Assembly (NCBI GenBank): GCA_965153285.1
Contig: OZ229117.1
DNA: 64,000 bases
DNA from: Podarcis tiliguerta
Lineage: Eukaryota
Strand: one strand, 5' to 3'
Shown here: positions 12,001 to 27,700 of the stretch, piece by piece
Numbering within the stretch: the stretch's first letter is position 1
How the letters are laid out: each line of letters begins with the position of its first letter
The notes under the pieces: model-generated
The model's input: only the letters and a program-made list of their open reading frames with translations
Told to the model about the DNA's origin: nothing
Databases searched by the model: none
Program-made: the position numbers and the translations under genes

Positions 12001-15000
12001 AAGAATCTTAACACAGAACAAATGGGTTCATCTCATTAATGCCTTGAAAGCCACCCAAATGCACCTTGCTATGTCTCTGGGACATCTTTCGTTTCACCCC
12101 AACCAGCACCACACTTCTGCAATGCAACATAACCCCTGGGATGAGCAAGTCACCACTCCAGGTTGCTCTAGGTTGGATAAATTGGGACAAACAATGCCTT
12201 GCTTTCTCATGATGCACACATGGGTTTAGTGCCTTCCCTTCACTAATTAAGCTCAATCGAAGCACAAAACGCAATACAGAAACTTTTGAACATTAAAATT
12301 TAGTAAAATTCAGAAATGTTTATGAAGAAATAGCAGAACCAGGGCATTTAAAGTGAATGTGTTTTGCTTTCTAACTTATACAACAATTTCAACATGAGAT
12401 TATTGGTTTAAATTTTTGAGATACCTGTCCAGTCTCTGTTTTCTCACTGCACCACTTCCCCAGATCTATCATGCACTTGTCCTGGAGAGCTGGATCCAGT
12501 TTTACATCCAAGGCACGCTGGTGTAGAATTCGTTGTACTTCTGCCCTGCATTCCCGGGATAGCTGCCAAGAACAAGTGTACAAATTTGTTCCAGATGAAC
12601 AACCCCAACTCCTCAGATCTGGGAAGGAAGGTGCTCTTTCCAGCATTAGTAAAAGTAAAGTTCTCTTTATGCTATGCTTGGTCACCTCCCACACAGGCCC
12701 AGAGCAGGCCTCCCATGCAGGCCCCTCCCCTCATTTTTTTAACCTTCCCTGCAGCTTAGATGGACAAGTCCCCACATCCAGACAGAAGATGTTTAATTGA
12801 AGGACAAGTCTAAACAAGTTGTCAAAAAGTGAACGAGATACCGTGGCATCACGTGTGTGGAGGGGCTGGCTTGCTGTTTAAGAGAAGAAGCCAATAAAAT
12901 ACAGACAAACAAACCTAGTGCTAGATTGGTAGGGATAACCTCAAATCTCCAGGCTAGCAGAAGTCAGAAGGATCTGCTAGAGCATGGCAAGGACTCTTTG
13001 GGGATTTAAAATTCTTGGTAGTCTGAAAACGGTGCCAGGGACAGGCAGCTGTGCATGGCATCCTGCACAGATTTTACAACTGAAACCTAAAACCTAATTA
13101 GACATAGCAAGTGGAGACCCACCACAATTCATGTTGGCAGAAAAAGAAGGCAGAAAAAAGGAGCAAGGCACTATTCCATTGTTCTCCCCCACAGGGAGAA
13201 TGATTTGCGAAGCAACTGAGCAGCAGCCAAGTCTGTTCAACAGTTCTTTCCTGAGCAGGCACATAGCAGCAACCAGCCACCTTCTTCCTTCAGAAGGTGG
13301 GAAGGGGAAAAGGTATGTGGGTATCACTTAGGCTGTAGAAGAAGAGGCAGCAGGCTGTCCTTTCCTCCCCAGCTTAAGTTTATAAACTGGAATACAAGGC
13401 CAGGAAGTCATCCAGTGCACCTTTTGCAAGGCTTCACTATTTCAGGCTGTGGGTGGGAGATGATGTTTGAGAACTCCCCACTTCTCCCCAACATGCTAGT
13501 TCTGCCTGTGGAGAAAGTTTACATGCGGGAAGCATTCACACATGGATTCCCTTTTTCTTCCCACAGCCCCCGAGTCTGAAATGACTCAACCCAGCAAAAA
13601 CTGCACTCACATGAATTCCTGATTATGCAACTCAGCTCATCACCAACCACATTCTAATTACCACCTACAGGATACTGATTATCTGTCTGGTGGTCACAAC
13701 TTCACCAGCCATTCATGCAACAAGCCACCTATTTTGTTTCTCCACCCTTCATATGAAGAGATTTCCCACTATATTCAGCACTGACCTCAGCTACAAAAAG
13801 CAGAGGCAAGACCACATACCTTAGCTACAAAAGTGTTTCCTGAGGCTTCTTCCTAAAGGGTTTTAGGGGAATTCCTGCACGCCTGTTTGAGTCTCCAGAG
13901 GCTCAAACATTAAACCCCAATCTCATAGGGTTAAAACAGATGCACAGGGGGTCTCCATTTGTTATACCTACTTAGTTGTCGCAAAGCATCCAGGTGACCT
14001 GTAGAGTGGACTATAGTTGGCTTGCCTCCATGCTTTTCCCCAGTATCACCTGCTCAGTTTCTCTGCTGCCTTAAGAGATATTCAAAGCTTACATTTGAAG
14101 CCACAGATAAACTAGCACATGCCCCCAAATCACATTCATTTTCCAATAAAGGAGGACTGCTAAAGCAACTGACTGGTGCCTACCCTCCTCCCCTGTTCCT
14201 CTGTACGATAGGCATGTCTGTACAGGCAGGAGAAGATGGCCCCAGGAGGAATCATCTCACTCGTCTCATTCCAGCCGCGTGTATGGCAAAGTCGGGATGC
14301 ATCTCCCTGGCACTTGCGGTAGAGCACAAGATCCAGTCTGTCAAAGTAGAAGAATCAGTGAAGCCACCATGAGGTTCTAAAATGCCCTTTCTTCACACAT
14401 TAGGAGATTAACAGCATTTCACTTCAACACAACATTTCACCTCTAGAATGTAGCAAATCAGAAATGAAAACCTTAATAGGTGCAATTTCCATTTAGCCAT
14501 ACAGGTCACTCACAACTTACACAGGGGTTATGTTCCAGGGACAGTGCATATACTCAAAAAGACGTATAGTCAAATCTCTCTCACATGACTATCCTTACCT
14601 TCTGGAGCTGTTGTGCTGAATGGGTCTTATAACACCCCCGCCCCCAGGCAAAGCAAAGAGTTTTCCACAAGATCTCATGGGACTGTCTGAGATCATTCAT
14701 GATCCTCCCAGAGCCCAGTAAGCAAGTCTGAGAGCTTAAAAGCTCTTTTTGTGCTGGGAAAACAATGTGCAAAAAGAGTGTTTAAGTTCTCAGACGTCCA
14801 TGCATTTAATTTGTGCAATTTCAACTGGTCAGCCATCAACTGCACAAGTTAAATGAACACAAGTTGCGAGTCACCCGAGTAATAAAACTGAGACATATTT
14901 AAAGTCTCGCCAATAAAATATCTGTGCTTTTTTACTGCAACCAATTCCAACTGTGTAACAGTTTTGCAATCTGAGATTTTAAGATGATTATGAAGATTTT

Positions 15001-18000
15001 CTGTAAGCCACTTGGGGCTATAAAATTTGATGCAAATGTTAAAGTGCATTGGTACACATAAGAATGTGAACATACATAAGAATTTTGCTCTTAAGGAGCA
15101 AAAACAATTTAAACCCTACACTAGAAAGAAATGTGTCCTCATGAGAAACAGGCCCTATGCTCTTATACCAGCCAGCTAACTGTGATCAGCTGGAGAAGCC
15201 CTCCTAACTATCCAACAGTTATCATACTTTCATTTGGTTTCTATGCAAACTAAAGTTTTAAAAAAGCATGGTGGCACTAGTACTTTAGGACGCTGTTCCT
15301 ACTGTAATCAGAAAGGCCTTAAGTGTGTTTAGAGAATGCCAGTTAGCATTAAGCCATTTGTTCTGTATTTCATGTTTTTATAATCGTATGATGTTTAAAC
15401 ATAATTATAACTTGATGGTGTTGTACATCACCACAATTTTTTCTTAATGAACTGACAGTTCATAAAACACTATTAATAATATATAAGTACAGGAAACTTT
15501 ACTTTTGACACATGCTTACACTGAGACACCCTCCATAGTTAGGCGGAGGCTGAAATTTGGGGTGAGAGGGCATTATCCTGTGGTGCACTTTCATTATGAG
15601 GCAGCTCTTGAAGGTAATGCCCAGGCTAGAACCTCTACTTTAATTTGCCCCCCCCCCTCCTGTAGCAGACATTGACAGAAATTGGGGGAATAACGGTTGT
15701 GTATAAACATCAAGTTCTCCAAGTTGTGAATGAAAAGAACTCTTTCTGAACCTCTAGCTCGTGACTAGAGAATTAAAGCCACCCATGACCCCACAGTACA
15801 AGACCTTTTTGACCCAACTGCCGCTGCTAGAAAGTCCTGCAACAGAACTGCAGGGCCCCTGAGGGTCCCCATGCCCAGCACTCACTTCCAGTCCCGTGAG
15901 ATGAAGTACTGGAGCTCCAGGAGCCTGTGCTCACAATCTTCCACCATCTTCTCTGTATACAAATGCTCCATAAGGCAAGAGAGAATCCTATGGAAAGAAA
16001 GTCATGTTATATTGATATATGCAATCTTCAGGAGCCTTCATACCAGACATTGCAACAAGGAGCATCTCACTGGTGGGAGGGGAAGGAGGCATTTGTAGAA
16101 AGGGGGAGCGGAGTAACTGCATGCTTTAAAGCACACGTGCTTCTCCATAGTGGTCTACCTTTGGCCTGTACTTTCCCACAGCTTGCATTTGTAAGGGTGA
16201 TGAGAAGCTGTTGCATAATAAAGTCTGCCTGTATGCCCACAAGAAACCCTTTCACCCCAAGTCAACATCTCTTTTTATGTAAGAGACAATCTGAGTCCAT
16301 CTCTTCCCCCAGGTTTAACAGGCTTCTTTCAGCCCAAGCTAAAGCAGCAGTAAACTGTAGCAAAAGCAGGGGATCTCCATCACTTACATGGGGTCTCCAG
16401 CACGGATGTGCTTGCAGGCTGTTTGTATCACTGATTCGCAGGCTTCGTTCAATGCTCTGTCAATGCGGTAATCAGCACCAGGGTCTGCCTCCTGGATTAG
16501 AGTTTGAAGCTGGAGGAGGAAAGAGAAGAGGGGGGAAGAGTTTAACAACAATGGCAGAGTAGTTCAGGAAGTTGGTTTCCTGGCTTCTGTTGCTGGCAGA
16601 ACTGCAAAGCTAACCTCAAGGGATTCTGCCCCCTTCCCATCTCATTTCAGTACCAGCTCCTGAAGTGGAGAACATCTTTCAAACATTCCCATGGATGTGA
16701 AGTGCTCCCTCCCACACAAAAAGGGCTAACCGTTTGCCAAGGAAAAGCAGCCTTTGAACAAATGATTTATCTTCCAAGACCAAGACCAGTTAATGGCAAA
16801 CAGCTAAGATGTGCCAAATGGAAGAGCATTCTCCCTTGTGTATGACTCAGCCAGAACCAGAGTTTTTATGTTGCTGTCACCTCATCTGCATCCAGAAACT
16901 GCAGGCATGACTGAGAAAGCCAAGGTGTCAGGTCATCCCTGCAGCATGGGGCAATCCAGACATTTTGTAACTCTGGGGACTTCCCTGTTCTATTTTCAGT
17001 ATCCAAACGACAGTACACAGAGCTGAATTGCGCAGCCAGCCACATCACCAGGCCTTCTTGCCACTGAAACTGAAGGGGAGGAGAGACAAGAGAGCAGCAG
17101 GAGCAGGAGAATCTAATCTCCCAAACCCAGAGCCTCTGTCATGTACATGAGCAACAGGGGCCTTCCTGAGAAAATGGCACAGGGGCCTGATGTAACAAAA
17201 GACAGCCTGGGGCTAGGAACATGTGCCTAGTGCTTTTATTTGTGGTGGGTGGGCGGTGAAGAGGCAACTGTTGAGACTGAGTTGAGCAGCATGCTCATAA
17301 AGGTATACTAGCAGAGAAGTGGTCTTTCAAGGATTCAGACTCCACTGAAGCATGACTTGAGCAGCGCAGGTAGACTTATGCAACACAGGTTGTTTTGTTT
17401 TTTTGCTAAAGCAGCAGCAGCAGCATAAAGCAGCAGAACTAAATGGCATCTCACCACAAAGGCCTGAGAAAAAGCCAATGGAACTTAAGAATTCCTTCAA
17501 CATGTAACACTCACTCTTGGAAATGAAGCTCTACAAAGTTGGAGGAGCAGAGAATGGGCAGATTTCTGCACTGATTGTTTCCTAGTGGAGCCCGTAGCCT
17601 GGGAATTAAGCCAATTTCAAATTTAGGAATCCGTTTACATCACAGATCTTAACCTCAACTGAGATGAATCTAGTGAAATGCTGGGGGTGGGGGGCATGGG
17701 GCAAAGCCATTTATTCATGTGGCCATGGAGCCATCACAGACCACAGAGCCTTTTTGCTTCTTTTTGCTCTCCTTGACAGAACCACAGGGCAGCATTTGCA
17801 AATATCGGGGCACTTCCCATTTCTTTGCAAGCAAAGCTCTTTCCAAGAAGCCAAACTGCCAGGTTGCATCACACAACAGTACAACCGTACTTTAGCTTTT
17901 CCCCACCAGCACGTGTTGCAATGCCCCCCTCAAAGCCTATCAAGTAAAGTGGTGTCAAGTCTAGAGGAGTGTTTAGTAGCATCAAAGCCCCAACTTCACC

Positions 18001-21000
18001 GTGTAAGTATACACATCAAAGCAGTCATAATGCTGAATTGAGGCTAAGCTGCCTGGGGGAAATAGCCATGTTCTAACAATCTGTTCCTGCCTGGGAAACA
18101 ATTATCCTGCTCTCATTGTTTGAGGTGGAAGATCCCTGGAATCTAGCCTGACAATCACACCAAGCCATCTCCAATATAAAAGAACAAGCAAGCACATGGC
18201 CTGATGGGCTTTCTGATTTTGTCTCAGGCAATCATCAGTGAGCTATGTTGGGATCAGCATTGAGAAAAAGGGAAGGGTTTTTTTGGGGGGGTGAGAGTGT
18301 CAATGTCATTAATCATGTGCTTGGGCGCCCCCAACCTTCAAACTATAAGGCTGTCAAGCATTTGCTATTGGCAGCAGTCAAGATTAGCACACCTATTACA
18401 TAAAAACAAGGATGTGGTAGGAGGGTGAACATAGCTCCTGCACAATACTACTCCAAAAATGCTACCCAACAGTGAAACCTGAATAAATCATTCAGAGGAA
18501 GAATGGGATTTTGAGGAGAAAGATCAGCAGCATTGGCAAGTAAGGCATAGGGTGGATTATCAGGAGCCATGAAGTGAAGCAGAGAACAGGGCCAAGTAAA
18601 AAAGTCCTATGTCTATACAAAGGTCCCAATGTTTATGGGCACAGAGGAACCTTTTAAAGTATTGTCATAGGCAACAAAAGTACCCATTCCATCAAAGAAA
18701 AGCTAGCAATACTCAGAAACATCCCCACCCAAAAAACCCAACAAGCAAATCACCTATACCCCACCGAATAAGACAAAAAGTAGGCCCCCTACACACACCA
18801 GCCAGAAACATGATTAAAAAAACTAAAAGTTGGTGTCCACAGGTGCTGCATTGGGGAGCCCAGGCTAAACTAGTGGAATCGGCCACTTTGTCCCAATCTC
18901 CTTCTGGTTTCTTAGTTTTAAGTATACACTGACTCTGCATCTTCAGTTTTTCATCTACAACAATAAGGGCTAGAATCTTACTATTCAACACACAAGTTTT
19001 GCCTCTATGCAGTGACAGGTGCCCGTGGAAGGGAAGGAGTGAATCTGTTTTTATGGGATAGGGACTGAGCAGCCACCGTACATTCTTGTCTGCCTCAGCA
19101 GTATATTTTCAGAAGAATGCAAATATGTTCTGACCATCACATGTTACAAGATAAAGGCTTTTCTTTTTTTACGCTTAGATTTGTTTTAGGGAAAGTAATT
19201 AATATGAAGCTACTCCAAATTCCTCCCAAATGCATACAACACTTCCAATGCATGCAAACTGAATTGTGCATATATTATGAGAAGCCTAAGAGCTGGAGAG
19301 AAATAGTCACTGGTCTCCTAGTTCAATCCAATTTTCTTCTATCACCATGCGTATCCAACTCCTTACACTAAGTTGTTCCAGTTCACGTTTCCCCCTGAAG
19401 AACTTAAGAAGTCACATGGGATTAGGTCAAAAGCTTTGCTTGAATTAATATGTTATGCCCATTACATTCCTCTTGGCTACTTTACAAAGAAGGTGGGTTA
19501 GCCTGGAATAACATAACAGCTTCTGAGTTTAATAGCCTGAAGCTACCCGAAAAGCCTTTTTACAAGTAGTTGATAGAGCTTTTTAATCAGCTCTAGCCAA
19601 CTGTTTCATTGGGATTCCCCTAAATGGATGTTGGAGCGTTGAGGGCAAAGCCTCCCTGCAGCTCCCACCTGCATCCCAACTCAGGTCTTACTTCAGCATC
19701 AGCCCACAAAAGCTAAAATAGTGGGCAGGACACACAAGCAAATTCTTCTGCTCCCAGTAACGTAGAGTCCATTGCCACACATTCTGTTCTCCCAGGGAAA
19801 TGATTCAGGTATTCAAAACAGAAGTATTACTTTGCTGGGTCAGACCAAGGACCATCTATAAGAGACCTCTCCAACCTGGGGCATTCTAGATATTTTGGAC
19901 TACAGGTGCCATCTACATGGCCATAATGGCTGAGGCTGGTGTGAATTTTAGCCCAGAACACCCAGAAGCCACAAGGTTGAAGACTGCTGATGTAGTCATG
20001 CACTCTTGTTTCCAACAGTCACAACCCATAGGCTTCTGAAAGCTGTTGACTGTGGCCTGCACATGTTTATTCCTAGCATCTGGTACTCAAGAGGTGGGGC
20101 TACTTTTAACACCAAAGTTCCCTGTGGCTGTTATGACCACTGGCCACTGAAAGACTCCTCCATGAAACCTTGAGAAGCATTTATTTAGGCGGCCCAAGCT
20201 GAAACTTTGGATTCTCAGAGTGATGCCTGAGATTCTTCCTTTGGCTCAAGGCGCCAATAAGTCAGCCTCTGGTTCAAAACATTAAAACCAGCTGGGCAAA
20301 AATGTGGAGGTTGAGACTGTCATGAAAAGGCTCCCCATGACAACCTTACCGACTGCTGGCAGCTGACTCCCAAGTTCCCCTTCTCTCCTCGCACAACTTT
20401 CATCAGGCAATGCAGGGTGCGGCCTTTCCGATGCAGTCCTGAGCAGTGGTGCTCAATCTCACTGCGGCAACCGAGGATGATCTCTGGGCTCAGTGAAAAA
20501 TCTTCCATCAACATGCGCCGGTAGTCCAACATTTCTCCCTGGCATTCACTGCTCACTTGCCGACCTAAGGCACACCGTAGCAGATACAGGTTATAAGACA
20601 TCAGCCCAAGGGACACTGAACATAGCCAAGGTACATGCCACATGTGCAATGCAGCCCCATCAGTGTGACCAGTGCCATTCTGCTTTTAAAGATTACATCC
20701 AATGACACACCAAGAAAACAAATTCTATGCAGAAATCCAGAGCTAACTGGGAAGGAAGATAGTGCCAGGCAGCTGGAATCCCTAAAGAGCCACAAGCACT
20801 ACTGCCATTAGCTCTACCATTTCAGAGCTATTTTGCAGCCTCTCCTTATCACAAGGTTGCATTCTATTTCTTCACAGGCAATCAGAGAAAACACCAGGTT
20901 GCACTGGAGTGTGCATTGCAATCAGGACTGTGCCTCCTCTGTGCACATGTGCACAATATCCTTTACAAGAACACCAGTTTTAATCTATTGGATACACTGT

Positions 21001-21692
21001 GCTTGAAGCATGTGAGCAGCAATGGAATAAATTGCCAAAGCAGTGAAGGGGAAGGCCAGGGAGAGAAAAGGAGCTGAACAAGGCTTCCAGGGATCAATGA
21101 TAGGTCTTCAGTGATGTGTGCAGCTTGTCATCCTTCCTTTAGTCAGTAGCAAAAGATACAAAGAGAAAATATTCTCATTTCTGAGTACCGTAACTTGATT
21201 ATATTGATTTTGACTTCCTTCAGCAGAGGAGTCAGAAAAAATTGATACTCAACACAAATATTTTCTATCTCAGGACTAGCAGGGTGCTGGTGGTGGCACC
21301 CACTACCTTTTAAGCCTGCCCTGCGTATATAAAAGAATGCTGCCTCACATTTCTAGACTACTTCATAAAGGGATAATAACTGTTCTGATTCAGAGAAAGA
21401 TGCCTTAGCAATAGGTTTAACAAACCACAGCGGGTAGAAAAAACAGGTCCTTCTGGACCACTAGTTGCCTATCCATCTATTCATTGGTGAGCAACCATCT
21501 GTCTGAGGGCCATTTTATGCAGCCCCCAATGTCTCCTGAAGCTGTCCTACCCTTTCATTTTATTGTTGTTGCCTTCCTTCTGGTTCATTTCCTCCTTCCC
21601 TTCCCTGGCTCTTAAAAAGGTGTTTCCTTTTCTTTTTATATAGTTTCAATACAAATGAAAGGTGCAGGATTCTATTTGATAAACTGATAGTC

Positions 21693-21762
<70 letters not shown>

Positions 21763-24700
21763 TTTTTTCCTGGTTGCATGGTTTAAGGGGGAAAGATGTA
21801 CAAATGAGTATCTCCACCAAACTTAGTGGGGTTTATTTCTGAAAAGACCTGATTAGGATTCTAATCTGCAGTAGCTATGATAAAATTGAAGCAAGGGCAG
21901 TCTTTACTCTGGATTAGCAGTCCAGAACATGTTGTCTTTGCTTCTGCTGATCATCAACTCCACCAACCACCTGCATGCTGCTTCCAACGTATTATTTATG
22001 AGGAAATGCAGGACTTGATGATTTTTTTAAAAAAGGTTGCCTACCCCTGTGTTTAATAATGCTTTTAGAGCTCTGCAGGTGGGGGGAAAGAACCTGAAAA
22101 CAGAGACTATCAAGATCACACACTGCCAAATGCAACATGCTGAGTTTGCAGAAAGTGAACCACAGCTAGAGAAAAACACCCAGCTTTACTGGATATTCCC
22201 TCAAGGCCAGCTAGAGAAAAACACCCAGCTTTACTGGATATTCCCCCAAGGCCACCTGACCGGTTTGAATGGAATCTCAATGCCAAACCATCAAGCCAGG
22301 AGAGAACTCAAGGGGAGTCCAACTTCTCCTCAGCTATGTCAAGCAGAAAGATACTAACATTTACTTTTCCTTGGAAAGAATAAAGACTACAAACATTAAC
22401 TTTAACATCTTTAGTGAATTGCTCAAAAGCTCCCTGGTGTAAAGACTTGAGTGTGGTCTGTCACAGCAGAGAAGTAACTAAGCAAATAGGTTGTCCACAA
22501 TATTACCCATTCAGAGAATTCCCAAAGGCATGAGATGGCTTCTCCCTTGGCTAAGGGCTATTCAGCGCAGAACAGCTTGCAGACATGGCCTTGTGCTTTG
22601 GAAAAGAAGCCTAGTCTGCCATTCTCACAGTCAGATCTGCCTGACCTTCTAGAGGACAACGGTGGAATGCACTAAGCTACACTTGACACTACAGACAGAA
22701 ACAGTCTTCAAAGCACGTCAGCAAACCCAGAGCCCTCAGAGTTTTCCATACAGCCACATTCCATTTCACTCCCTTCCTCAAACTGCTGCCTCCCCAAATT
22801 CATGCTCCCACAAGCCCATACAATGTCTTCTCCGTGTAAATCACATTCCCTCTGCCCCTTATTAGCAACACAATTGCTTGGCAAGCTGGGAAGAGCATGG
22901 ATGTGATGAAGATGATGGCACATGGAAGGAGGGTAAACTCTCCCTGTGTTTGTCTTTCCCATGGAGTGTGTCTATGTTTGTGTGAATGGGTCCAACCATC
23001 ATTGGCTCCAGCCACACCTACTGGAATGGAGCACCTGCCACTACACTTGAACCTGAACAATAAAAAAGATATCCACCTCTGCACCAAAGGGAGTCAGTCT
23101 GTTACAGCCTAAATAATGTATATGTTGGCTCAGGTGTAAATCAATTAGATTCAAATGTAACTTTGAAAATATGAAGTTGGTGTTATATAATAGCTATAGC
23201 TTTTATAGTTTAGAGGTCTGTCCTTCTGCAAATACTAACAAGTTACATTTAATAGACTGATGTCACTAAGAACCCTGGGGAGCCAGCTGTTGTGCAGATA
23301 ATAGTGAACTAGCTGGATCAATGGTCTGGTATTATGGACACGTGTTTTATTATCAGTGAATTCTGAAGCATGTTCTTGGCACCATAAAGATGCTTTAGTG
23401 GTAGATTTATTCTGCTTTATCAGTTGTTCTGCAATGCCACATTATTGCTGTCTGGAGGAGCTATAGCACAACAAACCCAGTACAAAAACAAACCCCACCA
23501 ACAACATTTTTGGTATGAAAAGTTATGGGATTCAGCAGAAGTTCCAGGACATGCACTGACTGGAAAGTAAGCATTTGAATACCCCAAACTTTTGCAGGTG
23601 CCAAAAGTATTGAAGCGGAATCATTTAAGACTGGCCTGATAGTGTAAGCACAAATCATCATGAATTAGCAATAAAAAGGATACCTGGAGGGACCCTGTAA
23701 GGTAAATGCTTAACAACTGACTCCCAATACTCCTCTAAGTGAACCAATACATCCCCCACTAGGCTGCATGAAAAGGGCTAAACATGCCCTCAGTGGCTAC
23801 TGTTGTTTTCTTCTAACCCAGAAGAAATGCATGCTAGGAACACGTCAAAGAAAGCTGACTTGCTCTGTTGCTCTCCGGAGAGATGGGATTAATCATGCAA
23901 GTGTGGCATTCTGATTAGAATCTGGGTAAGGCCTAGTAGTTCTGATGGCTGTGGTAAATCTGTGCTTGGGCTGTACCACTTCAGACTGCAGATGGGGCTC
24001 ACATGATGAATGATCCTCCATATGAAACGTTCTCTGCAGAAAGGAAAACTGACACTTCTGAAAGAAGAATTCTAACCATGGCATGCTCATTTTCTAGGTA
24101 TGGGAATTTATTTCCACAGGGGAGCATGCCATCAAGTGAGCCCCCACTTACAACAGCAGTCACAGCTGTCATCGCTCTCCATGAGAACTAAGCCCATGTT
24201 GTATTATGGAATGGCAAGATAGAGAATACAACAGAACAGCTAGAACTTCTTTCTCCTGGGCAACTGTGAATGGTCTGCTGACAAGACAGGCTAGCCCCTT
24301 AACATGCTTCACTTAACTGTCTGACCTAGAACCAGCCTCATGCAAAGAAGCAAAGGTAGCAAGCTGAAACATCAAGTGTCAAGGCTAAGGGGGAGGAGGG
24401 TTGCAGTATGGAGAGGAAGCAAGGACAGACAGAGAAGGTGTTGCACAAGGGAGACAGGGATGCAGAACTATGGAGTAATGGATAACTAGCAGAATCCTAA
24501 TGCCCAAAGACATTCTCCAAAAACATTCTTTTGCCATGTCCATTTTCTTTCAATAAAGCCCTGAAAATCTCACATTACACAACTTTTCATTTCACAAATT
24601 ATTTATCAGATATAAGCAATTGGAGGAAAACGAAAAATATATCTTACCTCTATGCACAGCAGATTCTAAACACATTAGCAGGTAGGATAGTCGGGCCTCT

Positions 24701-27700
24701 CGGGAACGAGGAAGGTTCTCTACATTACAGTGGTACTTCTTTAAATCACTTTTGCAGGACTTTGCCAATGAGTAACTGACTTTGTAATCTTGTGCAATCA
24801 GCTTTTGCCTGGTTGTCAATGCATCACGACACTGAGGAAAACAATCAGATATCTTGTGCTACTGATCAAGGGAACATCAAGGCAGCATTCTTTTGTCAAC
24901 CAGAGATAATTTGGCTCACACTGGACAAAAGGAGTAGAACAGAAAATCCGCTGGCCTTGAATTTTCAGAACAAGCCACCGCTAGAAATAGAATACATTGC
25001 TGCTAGTTTCAAATGCATCACTATTTCTAGAAAATCCAAGGCAACCTACAGCAGGAGGAAGGGAAATAATCGTGGGGAGCAAAAGTGCAGAGTTCTTAAA
25101 GCATTTCAACCACAAGCATAGCTTGTCATTTCAATTTGCTATTTATTGCTCGTACACTGCTTAAAGCGTTGAGGAAGCAATGGGGCATTACACCTGGAAT
25201 AATGATCAATAAAATGCTTTGTCTGCACTTTACTCAAAACGCTGTCTCTCAGGAATGTAACAACATATCTCAAAGAAAAACATGCATGCCTTTAGAGAAG
25301 GTAACAAAGCAGCTCTCCCTCCTCAGAGATGTTAATTCTTATTGATGCAATTTAACTGCTACCACACAAGGCAACTCTGTAACTGAGAGATGGGAAGCTC
25401 ATCAACAGGTCACAGACAGAGTTACGGCTGCCTTTAAAAACACAGCTCTGAGCCCATACACAGGATTCCATGAGCTCTTCCACCCACCACACCCTAATGG
25501 GGCAGGAGCAGACCAACCCTCAGATAACACACCATATTGTATATTAATTTGTTTCTTATCCATTGCATGCTGAAAATAAATGAGGCGACCAAGAAGCAGG
25601 AGCTTTGGGGTCAAGAAAGATAGTGGAATGGCCAGGTGAAAGAGGCACATACCTTTTCACTCATAGAGTCTTCAAACTTGTGGTTAAAGAGACACTTGTA
25701 CACCCTGCCTTCCCCAGCCTGAGTCTGTGAAACAGAGCAACAATATTGGTCATGAATGTCATATGGAAACGTATTAGGAGTATCCTGGTATCCATAATTA
25801 AAAAAAATAATAATAACACATTCATAGCCTCCTTTTTCTTCAAGGACCTCAAAGCAAAGGTACATGCAATTATCCCCATGTTACCCTAACAAAACCATGA
25901 AATAGGTTAGGCAAAATTATTTGTTTAAGGCTACTCAATGAGAGTGATAGCTAAGTGGCTATTAAAACCCAGGTTTTGTATCCCACCAAGTTTTATTCAG
26001 AACAGACCAGTTGAAAGTAATGGACCCATTAATTCCCATGGGTCTTCTCCACATATGCACGTCTCTTGAGCCCAATTTCAGCATTCCATTCTCTACATCA
26101 CACTGGCTACATTTTATCATAGGCCAACATTTTGTGATTTGCAAGTCCTCTGTCATTTATCTATGTTGTGCATGCTCATGACTAACACTTCCATGTATAT
26201 TTCTGAAATGAGTTCAATATATTGCCTGTATTATCTGTAGTGCACCTTTGAGAGATCTGTTCTTGTATTCTTTAATTTGTTACATGTAGGAGCATTTACT
26301 GAATGACAAGGCGAGAGGGGAAAGGGTGGGGAGATGGATGCTAGTCCAACGGGAAGGACGATGTCAAGCAACAACTTACGTTCTCACAGAAGCGTTCCCG
26401 GTCATCCCGGCAGGCAAAATATAAGTGCCGATCCAAGTGGAAATCATCAGAGGAGAGCTCAGCTACACGGAGAATAGCCTTTTTGCACAAGTCTGAGACC
26501 TTTATTCTTGGCTCAATCTCTTCTGCCTCCTTTACCAGTCCTTTCTCCAGGCAGGCCACCACCTCTCCTTGAGAATGGACATCCTGAAAGAAGAGAAAGA
26601 AGCTAAGCAGCAGCAAGACACACTTCCATCTAGCTCTTCTGCAGCCTACAGAAGCATGTTGTACATTGAAAGAACATGGTTCAGTTCAGTACACCTGTGG
26701 TCCTGAATCTCTGTCCTCCACCCGCCCCAAAAAAGTCTGCAGCTGAAAACACCACTGTATCTCAAGGAAATACCTGAGCCTGAAAGAGCATGCAGTTGAC
26801 CTGAATTTGAAGGCACCCTCAATCTACCAAAGGCTAAAAGCACTTTCCCAGGGTGTGCCCCTTCCAGAGGACAGCCCAGTTTCACTCACACAAGAAACAT
26901 TCCTTCTGCCTAGCACTGGTATAAAATCACAGGGAGATAGGATAGTAATTTAAAATGCTGACCATAGAACGTGGTCACACTTCAACCGGCTTCTTCGGAG
27001 TAACATTGATTCTAATGAGACAATATCCTCTTCCCTCCCACCTCCAGTTTAATGGACATGGAATCACTTTGTAACAGAATTACCTTTTCTCCAAGACGAA
27101 TGCTGCCACACTTCAGGATGTTAATATCACTTCTGCAGTCATCCATGAAGCCACAGATCAGGCGGTAATCACTGAAAATTATGGCTGTCATTTTGGTGAT
27201 GTACTGGTGACACTGGTATTCAGTGATGTTTCCTCTGTGATCTACCAAGCAGGACACCAAGTAACCTTTCCCAACAGGCTCATCAGCACACTCTTTGATC
27301 TGTCCAGAAAGACCCATGATAAAAAGAAGCCTGTATTTTATCTGGCATTTGCAGATCATTTTATTTACTGCCTACTCAGGATGTTTCTCAATATAGAGAG
27401 ATTATATAAAAACAATGACACCAATTTTCAGGAAAGGGGATGGAAAAGGAGAACCAACTGTTTATTCCCTAAAGGTTCCAGGAGAAGGGAAAATGTGGGG
27501 TGTCAGCCCTCACACCTCACCCTAAAAGCAAAAATGAACATAAATTTTGCAAGCTCCACACTAAAAAGACCATGAAAGCAAGCTGTAATCACTCAATAAC
27601 TTAAGATGTCATTGTTAGACTCTACATAAAAAATATGGTGCTCAAGGGCAGTCAGGAGTCAGTCTCAAATGTAGCCAGGGCCTGTATCATTCAGTTACTT

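Noticed and set aside
15927-16562. 211-aa plus-strand ORF and similar antisense ORFs (14022, 12471, 27207, 59185, 62214)
   Set aside because: They are antisense to GLG1/RFWD3 exons and introns, often with non-ATG starts, and have no recognisable protein features.
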